Assembly (NCBI RefSeq): GCF_004010195.1
Contig: NC_057750.1
Location: 7,161,668 to 7,225,667 of the forward strand
From: Chiloscyllium plagiosum
Taxonomy: Eukaryota
Reading direction: 5' to 3'
Length of the DNA stretch: 64,000 nucleotides
Shown piece after piece: positions 41,458 through 52,745 of the stretch. The notes under the pieces are model-generated. The model saw only the letters and a program-made list of their open reading frames with translations. It searched no databases and was not told the origin of the DNA. How positions within the stretch are numbered: the first letter of the stretch is position 1; every line of letters begins with the position of its first letter. Position numbers and translations under genes: made by a program.

Positions 41458-42635
41458 GACCCTCCTGTTTCTTTTTTTTTTCCTCACCATTAGCCTCTTA
41501 ATTCCATTTTTTTACCCTTGAAGTTGAATTCAAATTGCACCATCTGCCGTGGTGGGATTTGAACCAAGCTCTCCAGAACATGAGCTGGGTCTATGGATTA
41601 AAGTCCAGCAACAATACCACTAGGCTATTGCCTCTTTCCGACCCTCCTGTTTCTTTATTTTTTCTTGTTCTTTTTTTTTTCTTTTTAATCTCTTGTTTTT
41701 CTTTAACCCCCACACTACCACCTAAGTGCGGTAGTGCTTATTTTTTCCCCCAGCACCCATGGTGTGTGTGTGTGTGTATACGTGTGAGACAGTGAAAGTT
41801 ACAAAGTGCACGAATCTTTATTCAAATTCCACCACCAGGAAGATAGGAAAATACCCGGGTGGCCAGTGACAAACACTGCCCTTCACATCAAAGGGCAGTG
41901 CTGTGTGATCAAAACAGTGAAGGGGAGGGTAGGGACGACCCTCCTGTTTCTTTTTTTTTTCTTATTTTTTTCTTTATTCAAATTCCACCACCAGGAAGAT
42001 AGGAAAACACCCGAGTGGCCAGTGACAAGCAGTGCCCTTCACATCAAAGGGCGTTGCTGTGTGACGCTTACCCTTTTTTTTTCTTTTAACCCCAACACTA
42101 CCAGCTAAGTGCGGTAGTGCTTATTTTATCCCCAGCACCCATGGTGTGTGTGTGTGTGCAGGTGTGAGACACAGTGAAAGACACAAAGTGCACAAATCTT
42201 TATTCAAACTCCACCACCAGGAAGATAGGAAAACACCCGGGTGGCCAGTGACAAACACTGCCCTTCACATCAAAGGGCAGTGCTGTGTGATCAAAACAGT
42301 GAAGGGGAGGGTAGGGACGACCCTCCTGTTTCTTTTTTTTTCTTTCAAAATAGAGTTGGAGGGAGAAAATCTCCTGTTCTTTTTTTTTTTCTTTCTTTTC
42401 TTTTTTTTTTAGACCCAGCAAGCCCCCGCCCCTCCCACCTTCCGACCACTCTAAGGCGTGCAGGTGTGAGACACAATGAAAGACACAAAGTGCACGAATC
42501 TTTATTCAATTTCCACCACCAGGAAGATAGGAAAACACCCGGGTGGCCAGTGACAAACACTGCCCTTCACATCAAAGGGCAGTGCAGTGTGATCAAAACA
42601 GTGAAGGGGAGGGTAGGGACGACCCTCCTGTTTCT
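41458..42635 (-). mobile_element. Stack of poly(A)-tailed Tx1 3'-end insertions (plus one SINE fragment) at a repeated target
   Basis: Four copies of the 3' UTR seen in the Tx1 at 57804-57925; gaccctcctgtttct occurs five times at the junctions, four of them followed by T-tracts. Confidence 0.8.
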
Positions 42636-42891
42636 ATCTGTCAGCCAGGGCTCCCTGATTGGACCAGGTTAACAGTCCCAATCAGGGAACTCAGATTCTA
42701 TGTGGTCCACCTGACTGACCTCATTTAGTCACTACACAACTGAATCCTTATCTATCCTCCCAAGTGGATGTTAACTATCCTGAAGGCTATTTCATTGGAG
42801 TTTTGATTTGCAGATGCCGGTGTTGGACTGGGATGGACAAAGTTAAAAATCACACAACACCAGGTTATAGTCCAACAGGTTTAATTGGAAG

Positions 42892-42926
42892 CACTAGCTT
42901 TCGGAGCGACGCTCCTTCATCAGGTG
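42892..42926 (-). ncRNA. Minimal type I hammerhead ribozyme motif (family 2) inside a palindromic element at about 42805-43009
   Basis: CAC-CUGAUGA-A-GGAGC(GUC)GCUCC-GAAA-GCUA-GUG: stem I CAC/GUG, 5-bp stem II, palindromic AGCU stem III. Confidence 0.7.
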
Positions 42927-45259
42927 GTTGTGATGAAGAAGCAGTGCTCCGAAAGCTAGTGTTTCCAATTAAACCTGTTGGACTATAACCTGGTGTTGTG
43001 TGATTTTTATCATTGGGGTTTGCCCTTGTATTCTGACCACTATGTATCCCTCAAACAATAATCACTGAGAGTGGATTATCGGCTTGCTATCACAATGCTG
43101 TTAGTGCGAACTTGCAGTGTTTCCTAACACAGCAAGAGTGATGACTCCTCAAAACTGCTTTGGCACATCCTGAGTGTGTGAAAGGTTCTATATCAATGCA
43201 GGACCATTTCAGTTTCCACATCTTGCCCCAAACATCTGGATATTTTTCTTTGTTCTTCTATGGGATATGGCTAGATCAGCAGTGGTTGTCCATCCCCAAT
43301 TGACCCTTGAGCCAAATGGTTTACTTGGGTCATTTAAGGGTATTTAAGAGTTGATCTCCATTTCGGTGGGTCTGGAGTCACGTGTAAGCCAGACCGGGAT
43401 AAGGACAGCAGGTTTCCTTCCCGAAAGGACATTAATGAACATCGATGATAGTTTCACCCTCACTGGGACTAGCTCTGTAGCATCACACAGCACGGAAACA
43501 GACCCTTCGGCCCAACCAATCTGTGCTGGCCTTAATCCCAAACTAAACTATCCCACCTCCCTGTGCTTGGCCCATACCCTCCAAACCCTTCCTTATTCAT
43601 GTATCTGTGAATGAATTTAAAAAAACAAACCTCTTCCCCTGTTCCGCCCTCTCAATCTCTGTCGTCATCTCTATTCCCTTCCCCTTCACCTGCCCATCCA
43701 GTTTCCTCTTAAACACACACCATTCACTCCCTGTGGGAGCAAGTCCCACCTTCTCCCCACTCTCTGGGTAAATACTGCTGGATTGCCGATGGGAATTTAC
43801 TGGAGCCTATCTTATACCATGAGGGTGATCTCTCTGTCTCCAATCCATCGAAACATTTCAGCATTTTAATGACCTCCACTAGGTCACTCTCCACCCCCTT
43901 CCCGGCCTTTATTTCCAAGAGAGTGGAGCCTGAGCCTGGAAATCTTCTCCTAAGGTCCAGCTCTGTGCATTTCCTGTGTTCACATTGGTAAATCTCCTCC
44001 ATACCCTCTCCAGTGCCTCGATATTCTTCTTATAAATGGTGGCCAGAGCTCAATATATTCATAGGGTCATAGAGTCAGACATACAGGTCCTTCGGCCCAT
44101 CGAGTCTGCTATGGTCAGCTAACTCTTAGAATCCCATTTCCCAACAGTTGGTCCATAGCCTTTCCTGGTTAAGGGCTCTAGCCCAAAACGTCGATTCTCC
44201 TGCTCCTCGGATGCTGCCTGACCTGCTATGCTTTTCCAGCACCACACTCTTGACTATAGCCTTGTGTGTCTTAGCATTAAAAATACACATTTAATGACAG
44301 TAAACTTTTCAGTAACCAGTACCTACAGGACCAGGAATGTGTCTGTCAATCAAGAGGTCCGCATAGTCAATGTAAAAACGTGCATTAAGTAATAGAGACA
44401 TGACACACGAGTTATACACAACACTGTTATACTTTATTGACACTTAAATAATAATTCAACTTTGCCTTTAATAAAACTTAACAAAGGACAGCCTTCTCAC
44501 TTACACCCTCACTGGACATTATGGTGCTGGAGGAGAAATTGACTCGAAATTGAATCATTGATACTTTATGTGGCCTTTTGAATGAACAATGAAGTATATT
44601 TACATTGAGATAAATATGTTTTTGAAAAATAATTGGGACAGAACAATATGTTAAATGTAGTTGAGGTATATAATTTGTGCTGCGTTATTGAAAATGCCAC
44701 TTCATTAAGATTAAAACAGCGTTTGCTGTATTTTTTCAGGCAGTGAGTTCTGGGTTCCTACCACCCTCTGGATGAAAACATGTTCCCTCAGATCTCCTCT
44801 ATGCCTCCTGCTCCTTTACCTCTGTCTCCTGGTCTTTGGGCCCTCCCCCAAGGGGAAGTGTTTCTTCCTGTCTACCTTATCCATCACCCTCGTAATCTTT
44901 TACATCTCAATCATGTCGGAGATAAAGAGAAACCTCTTCAGCCAGAGAGTGGTGAATCGATGGAACTCATTGCCACAGAGTGCTGTGGAGGCCGGGTCAT
45001 TGAGTATATTTAAGATGGAGATAGATAGGTTCTTGAGTATCAAGGGGATTGAGGGTTATGGGGTGAAAGCGGGAGAATGGGGTTAAGAAACTTATCAGCC
45101 ATGATTCAGCAGAGCAGACCCGATGGACCAAATGGCCTAATTTCTGCTCCTATGTCTTCTGGTCTTATATTGCCATTTCTCAGTCGTCTCTATTCCGAGG
45201 CAAACAGCCCCATTCTGTCCAATCGCTCTTCAAAACTACAACTCTCCAGACCAGGCAAT

Positions 45260-45590
45260 ATCATAGAATCCCAACAGTGTGGAAGCAGGCCATTCAGCCC
45301 ATTGAGTCAACACCAACCCTCCGAAGCACATCCTATCCAGACCCACCCTATCCCTGTAACCCTACATTTCCCATGGCTAACCCATCTAGCCTGCACATGC
45401 CTGAACACTATGGGCAATTTAGCATGGCCAAACCACCCTAACCTGCACATCTTTGGACTGTGGGAGGAAACCGGAGCACCCTGAGGAAACCCACACTGAC
45501 ACGGGGAGAATGTGCAAACTCCACACAGTCGCCCGAGACTGGAATTGAACTCGGGTCCCTGGTGCTGTGAGGCCACTGTGCCACCCTTAG
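45260..45590 (-). mobile_element. HE1-like V-SINE
   Basis: Reverse complement of the HE1-like consensus. Confidence 0.85.
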
Positions 45591-45825
45591 TATCCCGATA
45601 ACTCTCGTCTGCACTGGCAGGACCCTAACTGTGATCAAACTAAAGTTCAATACGGATTTATCATAATTCCTTACTTTTCAATTGTCAACCCGTCATCTTG
45701 GAAGTTGTAGGCACGGTGGGCCTGTTAAATGCCGATAAGATTTGGGCATCTTTGTAAGGACACCATGCCAGATAACATTCAGAAACCACAATGAGAGACT
45801 GGTCACTGGAAGGACATTGTAAAAG

Positions 45826-46155
45826 GGCGGTACGGTGGCTCAATGGTTAGCGCTGCTACCTTAAAGCATCAGGGACCTGGGTTCGATTCCAGCCTCAGGC
45901 AACTGTTTGCACATTCTCCATGCGGGTTTCCTCCGGATGCTCCGGTTTCCTCCCACAGTCCAAAGATGTTCAGGTTAAGGTGAATTGGCCATGCTAAATT
46001 GCCTGTAGTGTTCAGGGATGTGTAGGTTAGGTGCATTAGTCAGGGATAAATGTAGAGTAATAGGGTAGGGGAATGGGTTTGGGTGGGATACTCTTCAGAG
46101 GGTCAGTGTGGACTTGTAGGGCCAAAGGGCCTGTCACCACACTGTAGGGATTTGA
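45826..46155 (+). mobile_element. HE1-like V-SINE
   Basis: Head, V-domain and tail present. Confidence 0.85.
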
Positions 46156-46629
46156 TGAAAGAATTCAATTGTCCTTGAAGGTGAACTGAAGGGGGAATAA
46201 CATAAAAGAATTCTCTGACTGAATGTTGATTTCCCTTATCAAAGAAAGATGATAAACTCCTTACACGCTTACAATTAATTACCTGTTTCCCATCATGAAA
46301 CATTAGTTGGGATATCTCCTTGATGAGCAGTGACCTAAGGGGCTAGTAACCTACTGCTTAGAAGGTGAGATTAGGTTGGACAGCTCCTGGGTAACCACAG
46401 ACACAATGGGCTGAATGGTGCCCCCCTGCTTCCATGTTGTGAACTTTCAATGAGCAGAGCGTGAGTCCCATCCTTCTAAAATTGTATCTTTTTCACCCCC
46501 CTGCAAGGGCAAAACAGAACAACCCAAATTGTCCTGTTGAAGATTTGTGTACAGCTATTTGGAAAACCATCAAGGAGCCATGAGGAGTTAAGGCGGGAGT
46601 CAACACGGAGAGGAATTTCTCATTTCACT

Positions 46630-47688
46630 ATGGACGGATTGGCAGGTTATGTCAGGAGTGTGTCAAACCTGTCCCAGAGTGAGATCAATTGCACCAACCC
46701 TTCCTTGCCCATCAACGTTGGATATTTTATTGCGGAGGCATTAACCGCATTCCTTGCTGTTTTTGGGAATGTCTTTATCTGTTTTGTTGTGGCCAGGAAC
46801 AGAAAGCTGAGGACGGCGACAAATTACCTCCTGGTGTCACTGGCCGTGGCGGACATATTGGTTGGGGCAATTGCCATCCCGTGCGCCCTGCTGACAGATG
46901 TCGGCCTACCCCGGTGCAGTTACTATCTCTGCGTCCTCATGCTGTGCACCCTGCTGGTCCTCACTCAAGCATCCATCTTCGGCATGTTCACCATCGCTGT
47001 GGAGCGCTACATCGCTATCCTGAGGCCCTTCCGTTACCCGGTCCTGGTGACGCCCGGGAACGCCGGCCTGGCCATCGCCGCGACGTGGGCGCTGGCCGTG
47101 GCCATTGGGCTGGTGCCCCTGATGGGATGGCGCAAGGTGCGGGTCTCCGACAGAGGCTGCTTCTTCAACGTTGTCATCGACGAGAGCTACATGGTCTACT
47201 TCAACTTCCTCGGCTGCACCCTGTTGCCCCTCCTTGCCATGTTCGTCATCTACGCCAAGATATTCTTTGAGGTGAAGCGGCAGATCCGGAGGATAGCCGA
47301 GAGACACGTCGGCATCAGCGCAGAGGAGAAACGCCGGAGAATTATCTGTAGGGAGCTCCAGACAGCAATGTCACTCTTCATCGTCCTCTTCTGTTTCACC
47401 CTGAGCTGGATTCCGATCCACATTCTGCACTGCATCAGACTCTATTGCCCAGAGTGCGACGTCTCCACGTCCATGATGCTGACCATGGTCATTCTGTCCC
47501 ACTTCAACTCAGTCATCAACCCCGTCATCTACGTCTTCAGGATCAAGGCCTTCTGGGAAGCCTTCAAGGAGGTCTCCTCATGCATCCCCTACCCCGCACT
47601 CTTCGGGAAGTATTCCAAATCGAACTTGACCGTGATGATTACAGCCGAAACTTTCAGGAATCGGAACAATGCGTTGCCGGGGTTGTAG
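46630..47688 (+). CDS. Adenosine receptor-like class A GPCR (352 aa, single coding exon); subtype unassigned
   Basis: Seven hydrophobic segments with ADORA signatures: TM1 Glu (IAEAL..GN), TNYLLVSLAVADILVG, LTQASIF..ERY, GLVPLMGW, CFF..YMVYFNF, WIPIH, CPEC, LSHFNSVINPVIY. First in-frame ATG at 46630. A polypyrimidine tract and AG at 46506-46507 suggest an upstream non-coding exon. Confidence 0.92.
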   Translation: MDGLAGYVRSVSNLSQSEINCTNPSLPINVGYFIAEALTAFLAVFGNVFICFVVARNRKLRTATNYLLVSLAVADILVGAIAIPCALLTDVGLPRCSYYLCVLMLCTLLVLTQASIFGMFTIAVERYIAILRPFRYPVLVTPGNAGLAIAATWALAVAIGLVPLMGWRKVRVSDRGCFFNVVIDESYMVYFNFLGCTLLPLLAMFVIYAKIFFEVKRQIRRIAERHVGISAEEKRRRIICRELQTAMSLFIVLFCFTLSWIPIHILHCIRLYCPECDVSTSMMLTMVILSHFNSVINPVIYVFRIKAFWEAFKEVSSCIPYPALFGKYSKSNLTVMITAETFRNRNNALPGL

Positions 47689-47934
47689 GACTGGGGAGAG
47701 GAACTCCAAAGGGTTTTGTTGGGCTGGCGTGACCCAGTGACCTGGCACCCTCTCTGTTGAGACACTCTCTGTTTCGTCAATTCTGTTTCTGGTGATCAGG
47801 ACTCACGGACCGTGAGTGCTCAGAGGTCACGCTTTGTAGCTTCATAAAGCACAGCGAAGTCCCATCAGGTCTGCACCAACATAACTACTGCTAAAAGTGC
47901 ACTCATCCCAATTGTCCCATATCCTTGATTCCTT

Positions 47935-49130
47935 TGGACTAGGGACCGGGGAGGTGTGTGCTGTGAGGAGGATGCTAAGAGGCTGCAGGTGACTTGGACA
48001 GACTGGCTGAGGGGGCCAATACGTGGCAAATGCGATATAATGCAAGGTTATCCACCTTGGTGGCAAAAACAGGAAGGCAGATTATTACCTGAACGGTAGC
48101 AGTTTAGGGAAAGGTGAGGTGGGATGAGACCTGGGTGTCATGGTGGAACAGTCGCTGAAGGTTGGCATGGAGGTACAGCAGAAGTGAGGAAAGCCAATGG
48201 CATGCTGGCCTTCATAGAGAGAGGATTGGAGTTAGGATGTCTTGCTGCAGTCATACAGGGCCTTGGTGAGGGCACTCCTTGAGTATTATGTGCAGTTTTG
48301 ATTAGATTAGATTCGATTCCTACAGCATGGAAACAGGCCCTTTGGCCCAACAAGTCCACACCGACCCTCCGAAGAGTAACCCACCCAGACCCATTTCCCT
48401 CTGACTAATGCACCTAGCACTATGGGCAATTTAGCACGCCAATTCACCTGTCCTGCATATCTTTGGATTGTGGGAGGAAACTGGAGCACCCGGAGGAAAC
48501 CCACGCAGACACGGGGAGAATGTGCAAACTCCACACAGTCAGTCACCTGAGGCTGGAATCGAACCTGGGACCCTGGTGCTGTGAGGCAGCAGTGCTAACC
48601 ACTGAGCCACCGTGCCGCCCGAGTCTGAGAAAGGACATTCTTGCTATTGAAGGAGTCCAGTGAAGGTTCACCAGACTGATTCCTGGGATGGAAGGACTGA
48701 TTTCTGAGGAAAGGCTGGATCAACTGGGCTTGTACTCACTGAAATTTAGAATAATGGGAGGGGCATCTCATAGAAACATATAAAATCCTGATTGGACTGG
48801 ACAGGCTGGATGAGGGAAGAACTAGGGGCCACCGTCCAAGAATAAGGGGTAAGCCATTCAGGATGGAGATCAAGAAGAACGTCTTCCCTCAGAGAGTCGT
48901 GAACCTGTGGACTTCTCTCCCACAGGAAGCTGTTGGGGCCAGTTCATCAGATACATTAAAGAGGGAACTGGACGTGATCCTTGCGGCTAAATGGATCAAG
49001 GGATATGGAGAGAAAGAGGGAATGTGATACTGAGATTGCATGATCAGCCATGATCCTATTGAATGGTGTTGCAGGCTCGAAGGGCCGAATAGCTTATTCC
49101 TGGACCTATTTTCTATGTTTCTATGTTATT
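47935..49130 (+). mobile_element. CR1-like LINE 3' part with a nested HE1 SINE (48300-48620, minus)
   Basis: CR1 ORF2 remnants and a (ttctatgt)n tail; the SINE interrupts at gtgcagttttg|...|gagtctgaga. Confidence 0.85.
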
Positions 49131-49606
49131 AAATGTGACAATTCATAATGATTTGCTTCTAATCCAGTTGCCTGTCAATTATAATGTAAATAATTAAAAC
49201 TAATTTGCAGGATGTGGCCGGGCCAACATTTATTGCCCTTTAGATGGTGAGGCGGTGAGGAGATTCTCAATAACTGAATCATTTTTTCAAACTATTTCAG
49301 GGGACAACCACATCGCTGTGGGTCTGGAGTCACGTGTAGGCCAGACTGGGTAAGGATGGCAGATTTCCTTCCCTGAAGGACATTAGTGAACCGGGTGGGT
49401 TTTTACAATAGTGTCCAACACCGAGACGCATTGTTAATTCCAGGTGTATTTGAATTTCCTCGCTGTAGTGATGGGATTTGATGTCTTGTCTCCAGATCAT
49501 CACAGCGGGCCTTCTTGCATTTGATCATTGTTGCCAGTAGATAAAGTTTGTCAAAGATTTCTGTCTTTTCAGTCATCAGGACAATTCACAAGGGTAAACA
49601 TTCTGA

Positions 49607-50485
49607 GACTTGGATGAGAATTTGGGAGGTACGGTTAGTAAGTTTGCAGATGACTCCAAGATTGGTGACATAGTGGAGAGTGAGGAAGGTTATCGGGGAG
49701 TACAGCGAAATCTGGGATCATCTGGGCTGAGGAATGGCAGATGGATCTTAATTTGGATTGTAATTTGCAAGGTATTGCATTTTGGTCAGGCAAACCAGGG
49801 CAGGACTTCCATAGTCAGTGTTAGGGCGCTGGGGAGTGCAATAGAACTAAGTGATCTAGGGGTACAGGTTCATTGCTCCCTGAAAGTGGAGTCACAGGTA
49901 GACAGGGTGATGAACAAGGCTTTCAGCATGTTCGCTTTCATCAGCCAGAGAATGGGATGTCTTGTTGCAGCTGTACAAGACGTCGGTGAGGCTACAATTG
50001 GGGTACTGTGTGCAGTTCTGGTCACCCTACTGTGGAAATGATATTATTAAACTAGAACAAGTGCAGACAAGACTTATCAGGATGCTATCTGGGCTGGAAG
50101 GTTGGAGTTAGAAGGAGAGGTGGGAGTGCAGGAGACTGAGGGGTGACCTTATAGAGGTTTATAAAATTGTGAGTGGCATTGATGAGGTAGATAGCCAACA
50201 GCTTTTCCCCAGGGTAGGGGAGCGAAAAACCAGACGGCATAGGTTTAAGGTGAGAGGGGAGGGATACAGAAGGTCCACTTTTGTCATACAGAGGGTGGTG
50301 AGTGTCTGGAGCAGCTTGCCAGAGGTCGTGGTGGAGGCGAGTACAATTTAAGAAACATTTAGACAGGTAGATGGATGGGATAGGTATGGAAGGATATGGG
50401 CCAAATGGAGGTAAACGGGACTAGTTTAATTGTGAAAATGGGACAGCACGAGCAAGTTGGGCCGAAGGGCCTGTTTCCATGCTGC
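49607..50485 (+). mobile_element. CR1 LINE fragment
   Basis: SKFADDSKIG..., CKVLHFG, DLGVQVHCSLKVESQVDRV; CR1 3' UTR. Confidence 0.9.
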
Positions 50486-50692
50486 AGACCCCAATGTACC
50501 TCTGACTTCCATGTAACATTGGGACTTCTTGTGAATCGTCCTGAATATTGCTGGAAGAAAAATGGTGACAAAACGTCTTTACTTCAGTAACCCTGAGAGT
50601 CTGTCCCACCAAGTGACTATGTGTAACTTGGATACGGTAAGGACTGCAGATGCTGGAAGCAAGAGTCAGTAGATAGTCATAGAATCATAGCG

Positions 50693-51712
50693 ATGTTGTG
50701 AAACTTGAAAGGGTTCAGAAAAGATTTACAAGGATGTTACCAGGGTTGGAGGATTGAGCTACAGGGAGAGGCTGAACAGGCTGGGGCTGTTTTCCCTGGA
50801 GCGTCGGAGGCTGAGGGGTGACCTTATAGAGGTTTACAAAATTATGAGGGGCATGGATAGGCTAAATAGGCAAGGTCTTTTCCCTGGAGTCGGGCAGTCC
50901 AGAACTAGAGGGCATAGGTTTAGGGTGAGAGGGGAAAGATATAAAAGAGACCTAAGGGGAAACTTTTTCACACAGAGGGTGGTACGTGTATGAAATGAGC
51001 TGCCAGAGGATGTGGTGGAGGCTGGTACAATTGCAACATTTAAAAGGCATTTGGATGGGTATATGAATAGGAAGGGTTTGGAGGGATATGGGCTGGGTGC
51101 TGGCAGGTGGGACTAGATTGGGTTGGGATATCTGGTCGGCATGGACGGGTTGGACCGAAAGGTCTGTTTCCGTGCTGTACATCTCTATGACTCTATGACT
51201 CACCCTAAACTTATGCCCTCTAGTTCTGGACTCCCCCACCCCAGGGAAAAGACTTTGTCTACAGGGTGACCACTGTATCCACGGAGTTGATTTCCATGGT
51301 CTCAGTTACCTGCGGTTTACCGCAGCCCGAACATATTACAGGGAACATTCCAGAACCAGGGACCGGGGGCTACCGGGAAAGTACATTTTCCATATAAATG
51401 AATGGGTTTGCTCATATCCTCAATTCTGGGCTTCTGCAGTTGGTCTTGGAACATATGCCCCACGGGTACTGGGGGTTGGGGGGTGGGAAGCTACTGTATT
51501 TACCCTACCCATGCCCCTCATGATTTTATGAACCTGTATAAGGTCACCCCTCAGCCTTCGACGCTCCAAGGCAAACAGCCCCAGCCTATTCAGCCTCTCC
51601 CTTTTGTTCAAACCCTCTAACCACAGCAACATCCTTGTAAATCTTTTCTGAACCCTTTCAAGTTTCACAACATCCTTCCGATAGGAGGGAGACCAGAATT
51701 GCACACAATATT
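50693..51712. mobile_element. Two CR1 3' fragments in inverted arrangement (+ 50693-51197; - 51198-51712), the second interrupted by a Tigger-like MITE (about 51259-51500)
   Basis: The same CR1 peptide (ERVQKRFTRML...RGDLI) is encoded on opposite strands; the MITE begins TA-CAGGGTGACCACTGTATCCACGG. Confidence 0.8.
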
Positions 51713-52409
51713 GAGATGCTGTCCTGCCTCCTGCGCTTCTCCAGCTTCACAGCTATTGTTAGCCCTGCTCGGCTGAGCCCACTTTACCTTCAGCTTTTAA
51801 AGTTTTGCCAATGATTTGTTGCCAACGATTCAGTTCCGTGGGACACTCCAGATGTTCTCCGTGAAGTAGAGAAGGTGAAGAGGGGGCTTGAGCGAGGTGT
51901 TCAAACCTTTTGAAGGGTTTTGGTGCAGTAAGCAGGGAGAGACTGTGTCCAGGGGCAGGAGGGTCAAAGGACAGATTGGGAAAAGGATCCCGAGGTGATG
52001 GGAAGCAGTGTTCCTGTTGAACTCAGCAAAATGTGGTCTGGAACCCATTGCCCGAAAGAGGAGGCAGGATCAGCAGGAACTTTCAAAAGGGAATTTGATA
52101 ACTATTTGAAAGGGCACATTTTCAGCATTTACGGGAAAAGAGCAGAGGGACAGTGGGACTGTATTGTTTAATATGTTGACCTCACTGCCTCCATCACTGA
52201 TGCACAGTCACAGCAGTGTGTACCATCTATAAGATTCACTGTCGCATCATACCATACCCCTTTGCGAATCCACAATCTCTACCATCTAGAAGAACAAGGA
52301 CCATCCCCTGCAAGTTCTCCCCCAAGTTACTCACTGTCCCAAATTGGAAATATAATCATCCATCCCTTCAGTGGCGCTGGATTAGGTTCCTGGAATTCCC
52401 TCCCTAACG

Positions 52410-52745
52410 TCACCATGGAATCACTACAATATGGAAGCAGGCCATTTGGCCCATCGAGTACGCACCACCCCGCCAAAGTACAGCTTATCCAGACCCACCC
52501 CCGACTCTACCTGTGCACTTACCATGGCTAATCCACCTAGCCTGCACATCCTTGGGCACTACAGAGCAATTTCCCACAGCCAATCCACCCTGACCTGCAC
52601 ATCTTTGGACTGTGGGAGGAAACCGGAGCACCCGGAGGAAACCTTCGCAGACACAGGGAGAACATGCAAACTCCACACAGACAGTTGCCCGAGGGTGGAA
52701 ACAAACCCTGACACCCTGAGGCAGCAGTACTAACCACTGAGCCAC
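52410..52745 (-). mobile_element. HE1-like V-SINE
   Basis: Reverse complement of the HE1-like consensus. Confidence 0.85.

Noticed and set aside
46537..46629. 31-aa N-terminal extension of the receptor ORF
   Set aside because: Starts at TTG; the first in-frame ATG (46630, ACTATGG) has a good Kozak context and gives a normal N-terminus with N-glycosylation sequons.
46689..47307. Overlapping alternate-frame and antisense ORFs within the receptor gene
   Set aside because: Expected shadows of a GC3-rich CDS.
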